Origin: Chlamydiales bacterium
GTDB lineage: Bacteria > Chlamydiota > Chlamydiia > Chlamydiales > JARBTQ01
Direction of reading: 5' to 3'
DNA length: 64,000 bases
NCBI GenBank assembly: GCA_029240075.1
Contig: JARBTQ010000009.1
Coordinates: forward strand, 2,863-66,862
Shown piece by piece: positions 59,253 to 64,000 of this stretch; within the stretch, counting starts at the first letter, position 1, and the number at the start of each line of letters is the position of its first letter. The notes under the pieces are model-generated. The model did no database searches and was not told where the DNA came from. It was given only the letters and a program-made list of their open reading frames with translations. The position numbers were made by a program, and so were the translations under genes.

Positions 59253-60595
59253 AATCCTTTGCTGGGAGGGATCGGTTGTTGATGAGGATCATACCTTGGG
59301 TTATTCAGCAAAATATTTAATTCTTTTTCTAAAGCGGGCGTTATAATATGCTCCATCTCCTCTGCGCTTTTATGAACGCGCTCTGCTCCTACACCTAAAT
59401 AGTCAACTAAATATACCTCCCAAAGACGGTGTAACCGCACAATCTGGGATGCGCGCAATACACCATCTAAGGAAAGAGTGTACGTTTTGGCTGCAAAATT
59501 GTAGGTGATCCAACCTTCTCTTTGCAAATGGTATAAAATCAACCCCATTGAAAAGCGGGAGGTGCTATTAAGCGTGGCAATCTCATACAAGGAAAGAGGT
59601 TTATCAGGGCCTTGTCGCCAAAAAGCTTTAAGAATATTTTCTTGTAAAGCTGTGTATCGAAAAGTAACAGATCGATACCACTTAATAATCAATCCCCTAG
59701 AAGGAGAAAAACACAAAGATATAAAGCATATAGCAGAAGTAACTAAAACTATGAGAGGCCCTGTAGGCAATGAATAGATTTCCTGAGTATGAGCATGTCT
59801 TATGGAAAATTCTACTGCGATGTAATTACCTAAGAAGCCACTTCCCCCTCCAAACAAAGAAGCCAGTATAAACATCGTATAGAGGTTATTTGTATACTGT
59901 CTTGCAGCTACAGCTGGAGCTATTAACATAGCAGACATGAGAACAATTCCAACACTTCTGATTCCTGCAACGATAGCTAACACTATAAGTATTACGATAA
60001 GGTTATCAATCAGTTTTGTATTTATTCCGATAGTTTGAGCGTAGGCACGATCAAAACTAACTAATTTTATTTCTTTATAAAATACACTGATAACCAAAAT
60101 AGTCACTACGGTAAGAAGACCATAAATTCGTATATGAAAATCGGTCATCGTGGCTGGTTGACCATATAGATAACCTTGAATTTGATTATATAGCGATGAA
60201 TATTTTACCTGTATGAGACTTGCTACTGTAGTACCCAATCCGAAAAAGCTAGCCAGAACCAAGCATAAAGCAGCATCATCCTTAACACTCCATTTTTGTT
60301 CAAGAGTATCAACAGCTTTAAGACCAAGTAAAGCTGTTAATGATGCTCCTACTAACACCCCAACAGCTAAAGTTATTTCCTCCGGATACTTGCCACTCAT
60401 AATAGCTATAACGACGATAGCTAGTGTTACTCCAGGATATGTTGCATGAGATAAAGTTTCCCCTAAAAGAGATCTTTTACGTAATACAGAGATCACTCCA
60501 ACTAGCGAGGCACAAATACCCATGAGAATACAACCAATTGTCGGCGCCCGCAAAATAGAATCTGTAAAGTATGAAGAGATAGCAACAAGAAACAT
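59243..60595 (-). CDS. ytgC: Metal ABC transporter permease fused to a C-terminal DtxR/MntR-like repressor domain (YtgC-YtgR type)
   Basis: The N-terminal ~290 aa is an ABC-3 permease. The C-terminal ~150 aa reads LQENILKAFWRQGPDKPLSLYEIATLNSTSRFSMGLILYHLQREGWI...RLHRLWEVYLVDYLGVGAERVHKSAEEMEHIITP, a winged HTH plus the dimerisation/metal-binding pattern of DtxR-family repressors. Confidence 0.8.
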   Translation of the reverse strand: MFLVAISSYFTDSILRAPTIGCILMGICASLVGVISVLRKRSLLGETLSHATYPGVTLAIVVIAIMSGKYPEEITLAVGVLVGASLTALLGLKAVDTLEQKWSVKDDAALCLVLASFFGLGTTVASLIQVKYSSLYNQIQGYLYGQPATMTDFHIRIYGLLTVVTILVISVFYKEIKLVSFDRAYAQTIGINTKLIDNLIVILIVLAIVAGIRSVGIVLMSAMLIAPAVAARQYTNNLYTMFILASLFGGGSGFLGNYIAVEFSIRHAHTQEIYSLPTGPLIVLVTSAICFISLCFSPSRGLIIKWYRSVTFRYTALQENILKAFWRQGPDKPLSLYEIATLNSTSRFSMGLILYHLQREGWITYNFAAKTYTLSLDGVLRASQIVRLHRLWEVYLVDYLGVGAERVHKSAEEMEHIITPALEKELNILLNNPRYDPHQQPIPPSKGLWQ

Positions 60596-60616
60596 ACATC
60601 ATTCCTATATAAGCGA

Positions 60617-61393
60617 TTATTCACCTTGTTTCTTAGACTGGGATAATTTTAAAGCATCTACAAGAAATGTACTATTTCTTCCATAGGTTTGCTTGATAAA
60701 TTCTTCTTGGAAAACCTCATGGGTAGGACCACATGCTACTAGCCGCATATTGAGCATAATAAGCCAGTCAAAATAAGCGGGTACAGTATTCAAATCATGG
60801 TGTACAATAAATATTGTTTTTCCTTGTCGCTTTAGATCATGTAAAATCGTCATAATAGTATTTTCAGTAGCTAGGTCGATTCCCACAAAAGGCTCATCCA
60901 TGAAGTAAATTTCTGCCTCTTGTAGTAAAGCCCGAGCTATAAAAATACGTTGTTGTTGCCCCCCAGACAATTGGCTGATCTGCTTATCTGCCTGATTTTC
61001 CATCCCGACCAAAGCTAAATAGTTGTATACAGCTTCATAGTCAGCTTCGCGCGGCCTCTTAAATAACCCTAACCTGCCATAACGTCCCATAAGAACTAAG
61101 TCTTTAACCGTAATAGGAAAGTCCCAATCGACCGATCCCCTTTGTGGAATGTAGGCTACCCGTTGTTGAGCCTCCTTAAGACTAACACCAAAAAATTCTG
61201 CATTTCCTGCCATAGGTTTTATTAAACCTAATACAGCTTTGATCAATGTACTTTTCCCTGCCCCATTCGGCCCTATAATACCGACGACATTCCCTTGAGA
61301 AACACTAAAAGAAACATCCCACAGAACAGGGGTTTTATCGTAATTTACAGTAAGTTGATTAACTTTGAATACAGGAGTGTCTATTTGTTCCAT
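60617..61393 (-). CDS. ytgB: Metal ABC transporter ATP-binding protein
   Basis: Walker A GPNGAGKST, signature LSGGQQQR, Walker B IYFMDEP. Confidence 0.9.
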   Translation of the reverse strand: MEQIDTPVFKVNQLTVNYDKTPVLWDVSFSVSQGNVVGIIGPNGAGKSTLIKAVLGLIKPMAGNAEFFGVSLKEAQQRVAYIPQRGSVDWDFPITVKDLVLMGRYGRLGLFKRPREADYEAVYNYLALVGMENQADKQISQLSGGQQQRIFIARALLQEAEIYFMDEPFVGIDLATENTIMTILHDLKRQGKTIFIVHHDLNTVPAYFDWLIMLNMRLVACGPTHEVFQEEFIKQTYGRNSTFLVDALKLSQSKKQGE

Positions 61394-61420
61394 ATTATAC
61401 TATCGCAAAGGTTATAAAAT

Positions 61421-62404
61421 TTACTTACTGAGATATTGTGCTATAGTAGTAGCATTGTGATGTAGCATTTTCAGGTAACTGTCACCAGACGACCCTTCTG
61501 GTCCAATAGCATCAGCATAAAGAGGTTCTGTTGCAATTACAATATTGAGCCCTTTTTGATTTCCTGCATCAAGAATTTTTCTAATAGAATCCTTACTCAC
61601 ATTTGACTCTGTAAAAAGCACCTTTATTGAATACTTTACGAGATGATCTATAATATTTTGAATATCGAGGGGGCTAATTTGACTGTCGGGAGCTAATCCT
61701 TCTGGAGATATACACCTTTTTTTCCAAAGGTTTGTTTTAAATTCTTCTTCGGTTGATAGATAACTTCGAGTGAAATAGTTGAAAGCATCATGGCTAGAAA
61801 CTAAGTAGCGTTTTTCTTCAGGGATCTCTTGCAAGAGGGCATACACTTTTTGATGCTCTAGCTCAAATTCTTTTAAAAGATTTGCTCCTCGCTCCTTATA
61901 AAACCCTTGATTCATATTATCTTTCTCACTTAAAGCTTTTACAATATGCGGAATGATCTCCTTCCATAAAGCAATATCCATCCAAATATGGGGATCTGGT
62001 TGACCATCTACATATAAAATTTTATCTGGTGTAGCAGACAAAATAAGATTACCTAAAGCAATTGCATAAGGGTGTGTACTAAGCTGCTGAGCGACACTTG
62101 GGTGGTGCTCTAAACCAAGTCCATTGCAAAATAGGAGTTCTGCTTCTGCAAATTTTTCGCTGTCCCCCTTTACAAACTCATAAGTGTGTGGATTAAGATC
62201 ACCTTTAACCAAAGTCAAGACATCGACATGTTCTCCCCCTATTTGCCGAACAATATCGCTAATCATTTCAATTGTGCATAAAACTTTTAACTTAGTAGGA
62301 TCATCTTCCCAAGAGTGTCTTTGTATTTTTGAAAAATCATTTGCAGAACAAGCGGCTAATATAAAGAGGAAAAATATCCATCTTAAATTTTTAATCAATT
62401 GCAT
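61421..62404 (-). CDS. ytgA: Metal ABC transporter periplasmic substrate-binding protein (TroA/PsaA cluster A-I)
   Basis: Signal peptide with LAACS, metal-ligand His motifs (NPHTYEF, DPHIWMD), and a long interdomain helix typical of cluster A-I binding proteins. Confidence 0.85.
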   Translation of the reverse strand: MQLIKNLRWIFFLFILAACSANDFSKIQRHSWEDDPTKLKVLCTIEMISDIVRQIGGEHVDVLTLVKGDLNPHTYEFVKGDSEKFAEAELLFCNGLGLEHHPSVAQQLSTHPYAIALGNLILSATPDKILYVDGQPDPHIWMDIALWKEIIPHIVKALSEKDNMNQGFYKERGANLLKEFELEHQKVYALLQEIPEEKRYLVSSHDAFNYFTRSYLSTEEEFKTNLWKKRCISPEGLAPDSQISPLDIQNIIDHLVKYSIKVLFTESNVSKDSIRKILDAGNQKGLNIVIATEPLYADAIGPEGSSGDSYLKMLHHNATTIAQYLSK

Positions 62405-62610
62405 ATCTATTACCTCATCACATATGGGAAATGAATAGGATCCTAAATAAATAATCCCTTCTATTTCAATCGAAAAATCGATTTTGCCACACTAGTCAAT
62501 AAAAACGAATGTTTAAAATAAAAAATTATTTATTGATTTTTGCACATCCTTATTGTCGAATAGTCAGATAAATTTTTACAGATATAGTTTAGCAACAGAT
62601 TTACTTGAAA

Positions 62611-62667
62611 AATTCGTTTTTTGTAGTATCCTTACAAAAATTGTAGTAGGGTATTTTGTCAACGAAT
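62611..62667. promoter_or_regulatory. Dyad-symmetric / direct-repeat region upstream of ytgA (candidate operator)
   Basis: TTTTTGTA-7 nt-TACAAAAA (62618-62640). TTGTAGTA repeats at 62621 and 62641, 20 bp apart. Outer arms are AATTCGTT / AACGAAT. Lies ~210-260 bp upstream of the ytgA start. Function not demonstrated. Confidence 0.2.
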
Positions 62668-63126
62668 CGACTTAATTATACCAAAAGAATCGCTGTTCTT
62701 ACTTTTTTTTTATTGAACAAATTTCGTTAATAAAATAAATTTACGCTTTCTTTGGTGACAGATCTCTTTTGCTATGTTGTATCAATTGAAAATATTTTTC
62801 TGATAGCAAATAGCTAGATGCTGTGTAGATATTCAAAATTAAAATTGAATTAATAAGACTTAAGGAATGTTATCTCTTGCTAAAAATAATATTACTGCTA
62901 TACCATTTTAATTGCATTAACATAAAAAATATTAAAATCTATCCTAGTTCTTTTACTCTTAACAGTAAATGCAAGCTTTAAATTATTTTTAGAAGCTAAA
63001 ATTTTAAAGTATAGACTAAATACTTATACCGAAAAGAATTAAAACTAGATTGAAAATTAGCATTAGTCTAGAAAAAACAACAGAAAAACTTAAATTTTAG
63101 AAAACAAAAACCTAGAGGAACAAACT

Positions 63127-63648
63127 ATGTCATTAGGAAAGAATCATCATCATCAAGGAAATGCAGCAACGCTAGACGATTTAGAAAAAATTATTGATCG
63201 TGCTATTGAACGTGTTAAGGGAGCAAGTGAAAATGATATTTGCAAATTCTTACCAGGTTCTGATGGTGGATATATGCACCATTTTACTCTTCGTAAATTA
63301 GCAACACAAGACCCTGAAAAATTAACGAAAATGTTAAATGATTATATCCTTAGCAAGGATTCCCCTGTAAAGCTTCCTCCTAAATTGAGAGCTGCTCGTG
63401 GATCCCGCAAGCGTCGTGACGTGATCACTTTAACTCGTAGTGAAATTGAAGATATGATCAATGTTGCAAGACAAACAGGTAGAAAAGATATCGTAGCTAA
63501 GCTAGTTTCTAAGAACAGAAACTCATTACCTGCTATCAAAAAAGAGTTAATTTCTCTCATTAGACAAAATAAAGTTGACCAAGACCTATGGCGCTGTTTC
63601 GCTGAAGCTGTTGCAACAGACGATGAGCTTCAAGGTACGACTCTGTAA
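63127..63648 (+). CDS. euo: Probable Euo-like chlamydial DNA-binding regulator
   Basis: 173-aa basic protein containing HHFTLRKL, AARGSRKRRD and a helical C-terminus. The size and my recollection of chlamydial Euo fit, but this is unverified. Confidence 0.45.
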   Translation: MSLGKNHHHQGNAATLDDLEKIIDRAIERVKGASENDICKFLPGSDGGYMHHFTLRKLATQDPEKLTKMLNDYILSKDSPVKLPPKLRAARGSRKRRDVITLTRSEIEDMINVARQTGRKDIVAKLVSKNRNSLPAIKKELISLIRQNKVDQDLWRCFAEAVATDDELQGTTL

Positions 63649-63729
63649 TTTTTAATTAATTGCAGACTCAAAATGGGTGCTTTAAATATTTAAGCACTCC
63701 ATTTCATTTCTTATACAGATCAGTTGTTA

Positions 63730-64000
63730 CTATTTAACCTGAGCTTTAACTACACCTTCAGCATAATTTAAATCGATCTCTTGGTTAGAAACCAGCTGTT
63801 TGTAGTAATTCTTTTTCTCTTGGTCTAGTAAAGAGCTCTTTTCAATAGCTTGTCCCCAATCTTGTAAATGAATTCCTTGCTTTACTTCTGAACTATCAAT
63901 TTGTAGCTCATAAGTTAATGTTGATTCTATTAATTTTGCGGCCTGTAGTTTCCTTATACGTTCTGCTTCTTTAATTCCCCCTTGCATATTATATGCAATA
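63730..64000 (-). CDS. Hypothetical protein, possibly 5'-truncated by the window end
   Basis: The frame stays open from the ATG at 63987 to nt 63999. No domain recognised. Confidence 0.4.
   Translation of the reverse strand, partial: IAYNMQGGIKEAERIRKLQAAKLIESTLTYELQIDSSEVKQGIHLQDWGQAIEKSSLLDQEKKNYYKQLVSNQEIDLNYAEGVVKAQVK

Noticed and set aside
59505-60449. Plus-strand ORFs 59505..59777 and 60213..60449 inside ytgC
   Set aside because: They are antisense to the permease-repressor gene, so they are shadow ORFs.
63127-63648. Histone-like Hc1/HctA assignment for the 173-aa basic protein
   Set aside because: It lacks the Lys/Ala-rich repetitive C-terminal tail typical of Hc1. The overall pattern fits Euo better, though this is unverified.

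Overview
This 64 kb, AT-rich window most likely comes from the phylum Chlamydiota, probably an environmental or amoeba-associated lineage. The assignment rests on gene content and order. There is a V-type ATPase operon in the chlamydial order E / DUF2764-like / A / B / D / I / K. There is a ytgABCD-type metal ABC operon whose YtgC permease carries a C-terminal DtxR-like repressor domain. nqrA stands alone, rpsL-rpsG-fusA-rpsJ lacks tuf, hprK-ptsH-ptsI has no PTS permease nearby, and there is a probable Euo-like gene. About 60 CDS and one tRNA-Ser(GCU) are supported; no rRNA and no CRISPR array were seen. Most genes are housekeeping: uvrD, serS, selU, an M18 aminopeptidase, sthA, tolQ/tolR, tpx, argS, tsaE, engB, a dnaQ-like exonuclease, rluB, a GT9 glycosyltransferase, a PAP2 phosphatase, truA, map, rsmE, an M50 protease and a UbiA-type prenyltransferase. 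Four regions stand out. (1) 17.4-20.4 kb holds a compact three-gene operon centred on a clear FliS-family flagellar export chaperone. It is followed by a FliT/FlgN-like helical protein and preceded by an unknown 206-aa protein, with no flagellar structural gene in the window. Next to it is a 451-aa protein with a His...Asn/Asp...Gln...Cys arrangement resembling CE-clan (Ulp1/ChlaDub-like) proteases. I consider this the best candidate for an undescribed system: an orphan flagellar-type chaperone module serving a non-flagellin cargo. (2) 36.7-44.1 kb is a mosaic effector-like island between a core GT9 gene and the str operon terminator. It carries an F-box protein, an LRR+ankyrin protein with a truncated paralogue, a Tiki/TraB/ChaN-like protein (GENH...RNENF...GSAH) and a possible methyltransferase-fold protein. 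It also carries a decayed IS903-like element with three in-frame stops, a solo IS end, and a small palindromic MITE-like repeat seen as a filled versus empty site. (3) 49.9-52.0 kb is a tandem duplication of a SEC-C-motif methionine aminopeptidase that carried along about 55 bp of the neighbouring rsmE 3' end. (4) Smaller items include a carotenoid-cleavage-oxygenase homologue with all four iron-binding His motifs, an unannotated 49-aa lipoprotein after tolQR, and a LysM coiled-coil protein. All family assignments come from reading motifs by eye. No database search was run.
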